35,337 bases of DNA from Campylobacterales bacterium. GTDB taxonomy: Bacteria; Campylobacterota; Campylobacteria; Campylobacterales; JALSKU01. Below are positions 20,856-30,679 of this stretch, piece after piece. The translations under genes and the position numbers were made by a program. Each line of letters starts with the position of its first letter. Positions within the stretch are counted from its first letter, which is position 1. The stretch is from positions 1 through 35,337 of the forward strand of contig JALVXV010000194.1 in assembly GCA_027038235.1 (NCBI GenBank), in the 5' to 3' direction. The notes below the pieces were generated by a model. It was not told the DNA's origin. It searched no databases and was given only the letters and a program-made list of their open reading frames with translations.

Positions 20856-21413
20856 GTGAAAAAATTAGTTTTGATTAGTGTTGGAACAGCACTTTTGTTG
20901 TTTACAGGTTGTAGCAAAAAGACACCTGAGGTAGATATGACAAAAAAGAGTGAAATGAATTCAAATCAAAATTCAATGTCATCTAATGACCAAACAAATG
21001 TAAGCAATTCTATAGATACAAGTAGCGAACAAAATAGTGCAAATGATGTAAACTATAGAATCGCACAGCTTGAGCAAAGAACAAAAATTATCCATTTTGA
21101 TTTTGACAAGTATAACATAAGAGAAGACCAAAAACCTTTGATAGAAGAGGATGCAAACATAGTAAATTCTGATGATGCAAAAGATTTTTCTGTAAAACTT
21201 GAGGGTAATACTGATGAGTGGGGTACAGATGAGTACAACTATGCACTTGGTCTTAGAAGAGCAAAGAGTGTAAAATCAGCTTTGGTTACACTTGGAGTTG
21301 ATGCTAACAGACTTATGATCATAAGTTATGGAGAGAGCAACCCAGTATGTACAGAGCATACCAAAGCATGTTGGGCAAAAAATAGAAGAGTAGAATTTAA
21401 ATTTTTACCATAG
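20856..21413 (+). CDS. pal: Peptidoglycan-associated lipoprotein (OmpA-family C-terminal domain)
   Basis: 185 aa with a GTG start, the lipobox LLFTGC and the OmpA-like motif NTDEWGTDEYNYALGLRRA. Confidence 0.9.
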   Translation: MKKLVLISVGTALLLFTGCSKKTPEVDMTKKSEMNSNQNSMSSNDQTNVSNSIDTSSEQNSANDVNYRIAQLEQRTKIIHFDFDKYNIREDQKPLIEEDANIVNSDDAKDFSVKLEGNTDEWGTDEYNYALGLRRAKSVKSALVTLGVDANRLMIISYGESNPVCTEHTKACWAKNRRVEFKFLP

Positions 21414-21427
21414 TATAGCTACTACTT

Positions 21428-22288
21428 ATGCAAAAAATATCTATACTGCTACTACTGAGTATCAGTATCTATGCATCCGAACCGTCGGCATTTGATGCCG
21501 GCAATTTGGATGCACCAAATCCTTATGGTCTTACAAGTAGCGAAAAGGTAATACTCAAAAATAAAAAAGAGGTCAAGAATCTATCTACCAATATAAGCTT
21601 TGTAAAAAATGAATTAAACGATATGCAAGAGAAGATCGATGGCATCAAGAGTGTTGTCGAAGCCCAAAATAGCAGAATTTACAAAATTGAGCAATCTCTA
21701 TATAAGATAAAATCAAATGATAAAAATTTATCAGCACAAATTGAGTCATTGAAAGATGACTTAAACAGTACAAAAGAGTTGCAGATAAGAAATAATAAAA
21801 AGGTCAAACTGGTATTAGGAGAGTTAAGCTCTTTGATAGATTCAATCAACTCTTCATATGTCTCAAAAGATTTACTCAATAAAAAAATAAGAGAGTTAAG
21901 GGGCAAATACTATAAAGGTAGTTCTAGCAAAACCCTTTCTAAGAGTACTAAAGCCATCTTTGCAGAGGCAAAAAGAGAGTATGAACATAAAAATTTTACT
22001 AAAGCTGCAAAACTTTTTAGAGCATCTATAAAGAAAAAGTATCTACCAGCAACAAGCAATTTCTATTTAGGTGAGATAGGCTACAATACAAAACACTATG
22101 CTAATGCTATTGAGTACTACAAAAGAAGTATATCATTGTATGATAAAGCGACCTTTACTCCAACTCTACTCTACCACACATATATATCTTTTAAAAAGCT
22201 TGGTGATAAGAAAAATGCTAAGAGATTTAAAGATATATTAATTAGCAAATATCCAAAAAGCAAGGCTGCAAAACTAGCTAAAAAGTAA
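21428..22288 (+). CDS. cpoB: Tol-Pal associated coiled-coil/TPR protein (CpoB/YbgF-like)
   Basis: 286 aa with a signal peptide, a coiled-coil middle section and C-terminal TPR-like repeats. It is the last gene of the tol-pal block. Confidence 0.65.
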   Translation: MQKISILLLLSISIYASEPSAFDAGNLDAPNPYGLTSSEKVILKNKKEVKNLSTNISFVKNELNDMQEKIDGIKSVVEAQNSRIYKIEQSLYKIKSNDKNLSAQIESLKDDLNSTKELQIRNNKKVKLVLGELSSLIDSINSSYVSKDLLNKKIRELRGKYYKGSSSKTLSKSTKAIFAEAKREYEHKNFTKAAKLFRASIKKKYLPATSNFYLGEIGYNTKHYANAIEYYKRSISLYDKATFTPTLLYHTYISFKKLGDKKNAKRFKDILISKYPKSKAAKLAKK

Positions 22289-22408
22289 GCTTATCAAAAA
22301 ACTTTAGGATATTAGATGCCCTATATAACAAATCCAAATCTTACACAATCATCACTACTATAAAATGTTATAATCTGGATAAATTTCAAGATATATTAGC
22401 TTATTATC

Positions 22409-22445
22409 TCATTTATCTTTAGTCCCATTGACTAAAGATAAATGA
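22409..22445 (+). promoter_or_regulatory. Perfect 16-bp inverted repeat containing a HAIR-like (HspR operator) core
   Basis: TCATTTATCTTTAGTC-CCATT-GACTAAAGATAAATGA. The core CTTTAGT-N7-ACTAAAG (22417-22437) matches the HAIR consensus CTTGAGT-N7-ACTCAAG at 6 of 7 positions per half-site with the correct spacing. It ends about 19 nt upstream of the groES -35 element. Confidence 0.55.
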
Positions 22446-22463
22446 ATTTTATCGTTAAAATAC

Positions 22464-22492
22464 TTGACTTTTTTATAATATTTTTGTACAAT
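22464..22492 (+). promoter_or_regulatory. sigma70-type promoter of groES-groEL
   Basis: TTGACT (22464-22469), a 17-nt spacer, then TACAAT (22487-22492). It lies 54 nt upstream of the groES ATG. Confidence 0.7.
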
Positions 22493-22493
22493 T

Positions 22494-22520
22494 TCAGCAC
22501 TCAAATAAAAAGAGTGCTAA
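22494..22520 (+). promoter_or_regulatory. CIRCE element (HrcA operator)
   Basis: TCAGCACTC-AAATAAAAA-GAGTGCTAA compared with the consensus TTAGCACTC-N9-GAGTGCTAA. It starts immediately after the -10 hexamer. Confidence 0.9.
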
Positions 22521-22545
22521 AAAATATAAAAAGTAGGAGGCTGAG

Positions 22546-22815
22546 ATGAATTTTCAACCATTAGGTCAAAGAGTATTAGTTGAGAGGCTAGAGGAGCCTA
22601 CAACAACTGCTACAGGGATCATAATACCTGATAATGCAAAAGAAAAACCTTTAACTGCAATTGTAAAAGCTATAAGTAAAGAGGTAGAGGAAGAGGAAAA
22701 TATTGCAGTTAATGATAAGATAGTATTTGCAAAATACTCTGGAACTGACATAACACTTGATGGTAAAGAGTATTTGGTGCTAAATACTGATGATATTCTT
22801 GGTGTACTAAAATAA
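22546..22815 (+). CDS. groES: Co-chaperonin GroES
   Basis: 89 aa ([13 protein letters not shown]...[12 protein letters not shown]) with a GGAGG SD upstream. Confidence 0.95.
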   Translation: MNFQPLGQRVLVERLEEPTTTATGIIIPDNAKEKPLTAIVKAISKEVEEEENIAVNDKIVFAKYSGTDITLDGKEYLVLNTDDILGVLK

Positions 22816-22830
22816 TAGGGAGGAATGAAA

Positions 22831-24465
<1,635 letters not shown>

Positions 24466-24477
24466 AAATAAACTATC

Positions 24478-24507
24478 GTTGGTCATGCCATTAAAAGCAT
24501 GGCCAAC
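24478..24507. terminator. Hairpin between the convergent groEL and tRNA/small-ORF transcripts
   Basis: GTTGGTCATGC, an 8-nt loop, then GCATGGCCAAC, giving 11 bp including one G-U pair. On the plus strand it is followed by an A-rich tract. On the minus strand it is followed by TTTATTTTT, so it looks more like the terminator of the minus-strand unit. Confidence 0.45.
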
Positions 24508-24675
24508 AAAATAAAAAAGTAGCTCCAATAGATAAGCTTTATCAATACTATCTTTTGATTGTAAGCTTTTTGAAAATATTAAAAATCTGAGATTTTGCAA
24601 TAAAAATTAATTGCTATGAGAAAAATAGTACCACAAGAATAGAGGTGAATTTAAATAAAATTTGAAGATAAAAAG

Positions 24676-24771
24676 TTATCGCTCTTCTAACTCCTCTTTA
24701 TCCATCACAAAACCGACTACCAAAAGAGCAATTACAAAGATAATAACTATGGCAATATATAGATAAGACAT
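24676..24771 (-). CDS. Candidate 31-aa single-TM peptide (not in the ORF track)
   Basis: ATG 24771 to TAA 24676 encodes MSYLYIAIVIIFVIALLVVGFVMDKEELEER: a hydrophobic helix followed by an acidic tail. A weak AGG SD lies 7 nt upstream. The ORF lies 30 nt downstream of tRNA-Asp on the same strand. Confidence 0.35.
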   Translation of the reverse strand: MSYLYIAIVIIFVIALLVVGFVMDKEELEER

Positions 24772-24801
24772 AAAAAAACCTGTTTTAGAAAGTATAAAAA
24801 G

Positions 24802-24878
24802 TGGCGCGGCGGACGAGACTCGAACTCGCGACCCCCGGCGTGACAGGCCGGTATTCTAACCAGCTGAACTACCGCCGC
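24802..24878 (-). tRNA. tRNA-Asp (anticodon GTC), CCA encoded
   Basis: The reverse complement GCGGCGGTAGTTCAGCTGGTTAGAATACCGGCCTGTCACGCCGGGGGTCGCGAGTTCGAGTCTCGTCCGCCGCGCCA folds as a cloverleaf. The acceptor pairs GCGGCGG with CCGCCGC, the T-loop is TTCGAGT and the anticodon loop is CTGTCAC. Confidence 0.95.
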
Positions 24879-24891
24879 AACCTAAAATGAA

Positions 24892-24967
24892 TGGTGGTCG
24901 CTAGAAGACTCGAACTTCTGACATCCACCTTGTAAGGGTGGCGCTCTACCAACTGAGCTAAGCGACC
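24892..24967 (-). tRNA. tRNA-Val (anticodon TAC), CCA encoded
   Basis: The reverse complement is GGTCGCTTAGCTCAGTTGGTAGAGCGCCACCCTTACAAGGTGGATGTCAGAAGTTCGAGTCTTCTAGCGACCACCA. The acceptor pairs GGTCGCT with AGCGACC and the anticodon loop is CTTACAA. Confidence 0.95.
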
Positions 24968-25045
24968 GTAACCTGAAAAAACTGTAAGTTTTTTAGGTTA
25001 AGCTTACTATAACTTAAGAGTGCCCAAGAACTTTAGTACCAGTAA

Positions 25046-25121
25046 TGGCGACCCCAAGGGGATTTGAACCCCTGTTACCGCCGTGAAAGGGCGGGGTCCT
25101 GGGCCACTAGACGATGGGGTC
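25046..25121 (-). tRNA. tRNA-Glu (anticodon TTC), CCA encoded
   Basis: The reverse complement is GACCCCATCGTCTAGTGGCCCAGGACCCCGCCCTTTCACGGCGGTAACAGGGGTTCAAATCCCCTTGGGGTCGCCA. The acceptor pairs GACCCCA with TGGGGTC and the anticodon loop is CTTTCAC. Confidence 0.95.
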
Positions 25122-25152
25122 TTATGGCTTCAATCTTCTGCTAAATAAAAAA

Positions 25153-25228
25153 TGGTGACCCCTGTTGGATTCGAACCAACGGCCACCTCCTTAAAAGGGA
25201 GATGCTCTACCAGCTGAGCTAAGGAGTC
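25153..25228 (-). tRNA. tRNA-Lys (anticodon TTT), CCA encoded
   Basis: The reverse complement is GACTCCTTAGCTCAGCTGGTAGAGCATCTCCCTTTTAAGGAGGTGGCCGTTGGTTCGAATCCAACAGGGGTCACCA. The acceptor pairs GACTCCT with AGGGGTC (one G-U pair) and the anticodon loop is CTTTTAA. Confidence 0.95.
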
Positions 25229-25255
25229 ACCTAAACCATTTGAAATGGAGTTGAA

Positions 25256-25284
25256 ATTATAGAGAAAAAAATATTATTTGTCAA
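25256..25284 (-). promoter_or_regulatory. Consensus sigma70 promoter of the tRNA Lys-Glu-Val-Asp operon
   Basis: The minus strand reads TTGACA (25284-25279), a 17-nt spacer, then TATAAT (25261-25256). It lies about 28 nt upstream of the tRNA-Lys 5' end and just after the cinA stop. Confidence 0.75.
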
Positions 25285-25293
25285 GGGTTTTTT

Positions 25294-26391
25294 TCAATTT
25301 TGGAAAAAAATATCCTTTTCTAACTCAAGTAACATCTTTACAGCATACATAACAGCTTGATTTTGGATATAAACTCTATCACCCTTAAAATGAACTCTTT
25401 TGATATTTTTTTTACTCTGTTTACTCTTCACTCCGATATATATAGTACCAACAGGTTTTTCTTCTGTACCTCCTGTTGGACCAGCTACTCCACTTATAGC
25501 TATGGATATATCAGAGTTACTCACACTTAATACACCATCAAGCATTTGGCTTACACACTCTTTACTAACTGCCCCATACTCTTCTAAGATTTTTTGATCT
25601 ACTCCTAACCATGCCTCCTTCGTATCATTGCTGTATGTTACTAAATTTCCATTGATGATAGTAGAAACTCCACTATACTTTATAAATATACTAGAGAGCA
25701 ATCCTCCGGTACAACTCTCTGCTGTTGCTATCTTTATATCATTTTCTATAAGTTTAAATACAATATGAGAAAAGATATCCTTTTGAGGTATAACTTTATC
25801 AGGTAACAATTTAATTACTGAATCAATAAAATTATCTATCTGACCATATTTTAAACTCTCCAATTTTATCAAATTCCATCCATCACAAATTTTTATATTT
25901 TTTATCTTTATGTCATAATTTTCTGCTAAAGGCAATAAGATAATTTCGCAAGACTCTTCATCAACATCAAAAATATTGATAAATTGGATATTTTTACTCT
26001 CATCTAGCAAAACTTTTGGTAACTTTTCCCCCTCTTTGATCTTTATGACATTTACTTTGTAACTCTCCTCTTCAAATAGATAGCTATCTTTGTCAAAAAT
26101 AGAACTTTTTGATGGCAAAAGCATATCATTTTTTAACACTAGTGTATCACTATGCAAAGTGGAGATAATCTTTCCAACTACATTAAAATTTTTTTCATCA
26201 GTTGCCATGATAATTTGGGAACTCTTTTGTAAAATATCCTCAACTAGCAAAAAAAGATCTTTATCACTTCCATCAAGCATATAAAAAAAATCTATCTTTT
26301 TTAAACAATTATCTACCTCTCTTTTGATATAATCTACTAAGATATTGTTGTATTTTATATTTTCACCTATAATAACAAGTGTATTTTTCAT
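25294..26391 (-). CDS. cinA: CinA-family protein (C-terminal PncC/NMN-deamidase-like domain)
   Basis: 365 aa. The C-terminal domain carries IATAESCTGGLLS...ISGVAGPTGGTEEKPVGTIYIG, typical of CinA_C. The N-terminal 200 aa lack an obvious GGxGPT MoCF motif. Confidence 0.8.
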   Translation of the reverse strand: MKNTLVIIGENIKYNNILVDYIKREVDNCLKKIDFFYMLDGSDKDLFLLVEDILQKSSQIIMATDEKNFNVVGKIISTLHSDTLVLKNDMLLPSKSSIFDKDSYLFEEESYKVNVIKIKEGEKLPKVLLDESKNIQFINIFDVDEESCEIILLPLAENYDIKIKNIKICDGWNLIKLESLKYGQIDNFIDSVIKLLPDKVIPQKDIFSHIVFKLIENDIKIATAESCTGGLLSSIFIKYSGVSTIINGNLVTYSNDTKEAWLGVDQKILEEYGAVSKECVSQMLDGVLSVSNSDISIAISGVAGPTGGTEEKPVGTIYIGVKSKQSKKNIKRVHFKGDRVYIQNQAVMYAVKMLLELEKDIFFQN

Positions 26392-26481
26392 AGTAACTCC
26401 TTTAGGGGTATTGTTAGAGGTACCCTTAAAATTATAGCATATTTATATTAGATATGCCCATATATATCAAAAGGAATCTTT

Positions 26482-27081
26482 ATGGGATGGGATTGGTTTA
26501 TCTCTATTTTTCTATTTATTGCAGTAGCTGGATTGACACCAGGTCCAAATAATGTCATAGCTATGACTATAGGCTTTAACCATGGATATAAAAAAGTACT
26601 ACCTCATCTACTTGGGGTGTTGGTGGGCTTTCCTATAATGCTTTTACTCATTGGCTTGGTGCTTCGACCATTGATGAAGGAGTATGTTGCATTTTTTTTA
26701 ATGTTAAAATATATTAGCATTGCTTATGTACTTTATCTTGCTTGGCAAATTGCTACCACTTCGACCAATGAGGAGATCTTATCTCAAAAGCAAATCAAGC
26801 CTATCACCTTTTGGCAATCAGTAGCATTTCAATGGATCAATCCAAAAGCTTGGGCAGGAGCTTTAACAACTATCAATGTCTATATCATTTCAAAGCACTA
26901 CTGGATGAGCTTATCTGTTGCTATAATGCTCTCTATGCTTAGTATCTTTGTAGCGATACTCTTATGGGCTGTAATTGGTAAGCAAATCAAGCGATTTTTA
27001 ATGCATCCAAAGCAGGTAAGGATATTTAATATCACAATGGCAATATTGCTACTAATAGCAGTAGCAATGATGCTCTTTTAA
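26482..27081 (+). CDS. LysE/RhtB-family amino-acid exporter
   Basis: 199 aa with about six TM segments. The N-terminal motif LTPGPNNV is characteristic of the LysE/RhtB family. Confidence 0.8.
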   Translation: MGWDWFISIFLFIAVAGLTPGPNNVIAMTIGFNHGYKKVLPHLLGVLVGFPIMLLLIGLVLRPLMKEYVAFFLMLKYISIAYVLYLAWQIATTSTNEEILSQKQIKPITFWQSVAFQWINPKAWAGALTTINVYIISKHYWMSLSVAIMLSMLSIFVAILLWAVIGKQIKRFLMHPKQVRIFNITMAILLLIAVAMMLF

Positions 27082-27083
27082 CT

Positions 27084-27650
27084 CTACTCTTTAAAAAGTA
27101 AACTATTTAGCATTAGCATAAAATATGAATATAGCATCAAAGCAATGGAGCCTATTTTGACTACTATAGATATAATCTCATAATAATTTAAAAGCCCAAT
27201 CCTAGATAAGATATAGTTAAAATCATGATAGCCATCTACACCCAAAAAGCTTTTACTTGCTGGTAAATAAAGCCCCTCATTTGCAGTAGAGATATACCAA
27301 GATGTATAATCTATTGAGATCGCTAAAATAAATAAGGAGATATAATAAGCAATATAGTTAGCTCTTTTTTTATAATATAATCCCACAAGAAGCGGTATGC
27401 CCCATTGAAAGATAGTGCCATTTAATGCTGTTATAAATTGTGGGCAATTTAATATATAGCAAACACCATGTCCACCCTCATGGATAATACCCAAAGTTTG
27501 AGAAATGATAAAAAAATAGAGTAAAAAGAGTGATTTTACTACACCCTTAAACTCCATTACTCCATGGTATGGCTTATATGCTATATAGAGCAAAAAAAAT
27601 ATAGTAAATAAAATTGCAATTAATCTTTTTGCATATATAGAATATTTCAT
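27084..27650 (-). CDS. Hypothetical polytopic membrane protein with an HExxH motif (putative membrane zinc metallopeptidase)
   Basis: 188 aa with about five hydrophobic segments. The motif IIHEGGHGV lies at the end of the second segment. I recognise no other family signature. Confidence 0.55.
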   Translation of the reverse strand: MKYSIYAKRLIAILFTIFFLLYIAYKPYHGVMEFKGVVKSLFLLYFFIISQTLGIIHEGGHGVCYILNCPQFITALNGTIFQWGIPLLVGLYYKKRANYIAYYISLFILAISIDYTSWYISTANEGLYLPASKSFLGVDGYHDFNYILSRIGLLNYYEIISIVVKIGSIALMLYSYFMLMLNSLLFKE

Positions 27651-27807
27651 TTTTTACCTCTTTTAATATTATAGCATAATATATGAGGCAAAAATAGTTT
27701 TATAAAGAATCAAAATCTCACCCTCACTCTTCTCATCTGCCGTTTTCAACCTATTTTAATGCCTTTTTGGGTAAAATTATCCCCATTATTTTAGAGGAGT
27801 TGAGTTT

Positions 27808-30579
27808 ATGGATTATAAAGATAGTTTGCTTCTACCTAAGAGTACATTTTCTATGAGAGGAAATTTGCCTCAAAATGAGCCAAAAAGATATAAGATTTGG
27901 TTTGAAGAAAAAGATGTCTATGAGAAGATGAAAAGAAATAGAAAAGATGCAAAAAAGAGCTTTGCTTTGCATGATGGACCTCCTTATGCAAATGGTCATA
28001 TTCATATAGGTCATGCTCTAAATAAAATCCTAAAAGATATAATCGTAAAAAAACACTACTTCTTTGGTGAAGATGTTAGATATGTTCCAGGCTGGGATTG
28101 TCATGGACTTCCAATAGAACAACAGATAGAAAAAAAGATAGGAAAAGCCAAAAAAGATAGACTTCCAAAGAGCAAGATAAGAGAGCTTTGTCGTGAACAT
28201 GCTACAAAATTTTATAAAATCCAAGAAGAGGAGTTTAAAGCTCTTGGAGTGATAGGCGACTGGAAAAATCCATACTTAACTATGAAATTTAAATTTGAAG
28301 CCGATATCTATAGAGCACTTTGCGATATAGCAAAAAAGGGGCTTTTAGTCGAAAGAAGTAAGCCTATATTTTGGTCTTGGGCTGCTAAAACTGCTCTTGC
28401 TGAGGCTGAAGTAGAGTATCAAGATAAAGAGGATTACTCTATATTTGTCGCTTTTAAATTAAGTGAAAATTCAAAAAAAGAGCTTGGTATAGATAAAGAT
28501 GCAAGTATTATCATCTGGACTACTACTCCATGGACACTTCCAGCAAATCAAGCAATAGCACTAAATCCTAAGGAGGATTATGTAATTACAAGCGATGGAT
28601 TTATCGTGGCAAAAGAGTTGTTTAACTCACTAAAAGAGCAAGGGGTAGTAAATGGTGAAATTGTAAAAACCCTCTCTTCAAAAGAGTTAGAGGGTAAAAT
28701 AGCTATCAATCCACTAAATGGTAGAGACTCAAAAGTGATACTAGGTGAACATGTGCAGATGAACGGGGGTAGTGGATGTGTTCATACTGCTCCAGGTCAT
28801 GGTGAGGATGATTATAGGGTGGCATTGAGATATGGTATAGATGTTATTATGCCTGTTGATGAAGATGGACTTTATGATGAAACTCTAATAAGAGAGAGAC
28901 TTCTGCCAAATGCTAAAGAGTTTGTAGGAATGCATGTCTTTAAAGCAAATGAGAAGATAGTAGAACTTTTAGGAGATGCTTTGATAAAATCTTCAAAGTT
29001 TATCCACTCATACCCATATTGCTGGAGGACACACAAGCCTGTCATCTATAGAGCTACAAAACAGTGGTTTATAGCGATGGATAAAGAGGATGACAACCTA
29101 AGAAAAAAGGCTCTAAATGAGATCAAAAAGACAAGATTTTACCCCTCTTCAGGCGAGAAAAGACTCTCATCTATGATAGAAAATAGACCTGATTGGTGTA
29201 TAAGCAGACAAAGAGATTGGGGTGTGCCGATAGCCTTTTTTAGAGATAAGACAACTAGTAAGCCGATATTTGATAGTGATATTTTAGAAAATATTGCCTC
29301 TATTTTTGAGAAAAAAGGTGCTGATGCTTGGTGGGACTTAACCATAGAAGAGTTATTGCCAAAAGAGTCAAAATATGATCCAAATAATTTGACAAAGGTG
29401 CTTGATATACTTGATGTTTGGTTTGATAGTGGCTCTACTTGGAGAGCGGTACTTTTAGGAGATGATTATGATGCAGGAGATTATCCAGCAGATATGTATC
29501 TTGAAGGTAGCGATCAGCATAGAGGGTGGTTTCAAAGTTCACTTCTTGTAAGTACTGCTATAAATGGACATGCTCCATATAAGAGTATCTTAACTCATGG
29601 ATTTACTGTCGATGAAAATGGTGAAAAGATGAGTAAATCCAAAGGAAATGTAGTAGCTCCAAATGATGTAGCTAAAAAGTATGGAGTAGAGATACTTAGG
29701 CTTTGGGTCGGCATGAGTGATTTTAGCGGGGATTTAAAAATAAGTGAAACCATACTCAAGCAAATATCTGAACAATATAGAAAATTAAGAAATACCTTTA
29801 GATTTTTACTTGCCAATATAAATGATCTTGAAAGTATAATTGATACTGATAAATTTTCTCCTATTGATAGATGGATAATAAGTAGAGCTAAAAGAGTCTT
29901 CGATGAGGTAAAAGAGGCATTTGATGAGTATGACTTTTCAAAGGGATTATCACTTTTAAGCCACTTTATTACCAATCATCTAAGTGGAATATATCTTGAT
30001 ATTTCAAAAGATAGACTATATTGCGATCCAAAAGATAGTGACACAAGAAGAGCATCTCAAAGTGCTATGGCACTTATTGCTAAGAGTATGTTAGCTCTTA
30101 TTGCACCTATTTTAACTTATACAGCAGATGAGATAGTCGAACACTCTCCAAAAGTTATCAAGGGCGATAGTGAGGATATTTTTGATATAGTTTATGAAGA
30201 GTTACCTGAAATTAGCTCTCCATTTGATGAAGATTATATGATAGAGGCTAGGGAGAAATTTTTTGAGATAGTAGATAACTTAAAAAAAGAGAAAAAGATA
30301 AAATCCACTCTTGAACTTGTGATATACTCTAGTTCAAAAGAGCTTTCAAAACTTAGCGGAGCTGACGGAGAGGATTGGTTTACTGTTAGTAATATAATAT
30401 GCGAAGTAGCTCAAGAGCCGATAGATAGCTTTGAGGTAAATGGGGATAAATTTAGTATATATTATGCAAAAAGGTATAAATGTCCAAGATGTTGGAAACA
30501 AAGAGCAAAGATCGAGGGTAAACTTTGTGCAAGATGTAGTGGCAAAAAAGAGAGCAGAAGTTGTGAGTCAAATGCTTGA
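27808..30579 (+). CDS. ileS: Isoleucine-tRNA ligase
   Basis: 923 aa with the HIGH motif ([11 protein letters not shown]), KMSKS and a C-terminal Cys4 zinc-finger region (CPRCW...CARCSG). Confidence 0.97.
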   Translation: MDYKDSLLLPKSTFSMRGNLPQNEPKRYKIWFEEKDVYEKMKRNRKDAKKSFALHDGPPYANGHIHIGHALNKILKDIIVKKHYFFGEDVRYVPGWDCHGLPIEQQIEKKIGKAKKDRLPKSKIRELCREHATKFYKIQEEEFKALGVIGDWKNPYLTMKFKFEADIYRALCDIAKKGLLVERSKPIFWSWAAKTALAEAEVEYQDKEDYSIFVAFKLSENSKKELGIDKDASIIIWTTTPWTLPANQAIALNPKEDYVITSDGFIVAKELFNSLKEQGVVNGEIVKTLSSKELEGKIAINPLNGRDSKVILGEHVQMNGGSGCVHTAPGHGEDDYRVALRYGIDVIMPVDEDGLYDETLIRERLLPNAKEFVGMHVFKANEKIVELLGDALIKSSKFIHSYPYCWRTHKPVIYRATKQWFIAMDKEDDNLRKKALNEIKKTRFYPSSGEKRLSSMIENRPDWCISRQRDWGVPIAFFRDKTTSKPIFDSDILENIASIFEKKGADAWWDLTIEELLPKESKYDPNNLTKVLDILDVWFDSGSTWRAVLLGDDYDAGDYPADMYLEGSDQHRGWFQSSLLVSTAINGHAPYKSILTHGFTVDENGEKMSKSKGNVVAPNDVAKKYGVEILRLWVGMSDFSGDLKISETILKQISEQYRKLRNTFRFLLANINDLESIIDTDKFSPIDRWIISRAKRVFDEVKEAFDEYDFSKGLSLLSHFITNHLSGIYLDISKDRLYCDPKDSDTRRASQSAMALIAKSMLALIAPILTYTADEIVEHSPKVIKGDSEDIFDIVYEELPEISSPFDEDYMIEAREKFFEIVDNLKKEKKIKSTLELVIYSSSKELSKLSGADGEDWFTVSNIICEVAQEPIDSFEVNGDKFSIYYAKRYKCPRCWKQRAKIEGKLCARCSGKKESRSCESNA

Positions 30580-30679
30580 AAAGCCAATAGAGTTTAGCTT
30601 TATACTTGAGACTATTGCGGTTATATTTATGCTAATAGGGATAGGTATATACCTTGTAAAAAAAGGAGAAAAGAGGTGA
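30572..30679 (+). CDS. Candidate 35-aa single-TM peptide wedged between ileS and gatA
   Basis: ATG 30572 overlaps the ileS stop (ATGCTTGA). TGA 30677-30679 overlaps the gatA GTG start (GTGA). It encodes [35 protein letters not shown]: one TM helix and a basic C-terminus. The 79-aa track ORF is this frame extended back into ileS. Confidence 0.4.
   Translation: MLEKPIEFSFILETIAVIFMLIGIGIYLVKKGEKR

Noticed and set aside
22366-22452. An extended -10 (TGTTATAAT, 22366-22374) followed about 35 nt later by the 16-bp palindrome plus ATTTTAT, which could be a stand-alone sRNA of about 70 nt.
   Set aside because: TGnTATAAT-like strings are frequent in AT-rich spacers. The palindrome is better explained as a HAIR-like operator or the cpoB terminator. 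There is no independent support without transcript data.
24802-27650. A genomic island next to the tRNA cluster (tRNA genes are common integration sites; cinA, LysE and an orphan membrane protein follow).
   Set aside because: There is no integrase, no duplicated tRNA 3' end (att-like direct repeat) and no visible compositional shift. The genes are ordinary chromosomal functions.
30440-30571. The 79-aa ORF overlapping the last 140 nt of ileS.
   Set aside because: The upstream part lies out of frame inside the conserved ileS C-terminal zinc-finger region. Only the portion from ATG 30572 (35 aa) is plausible.
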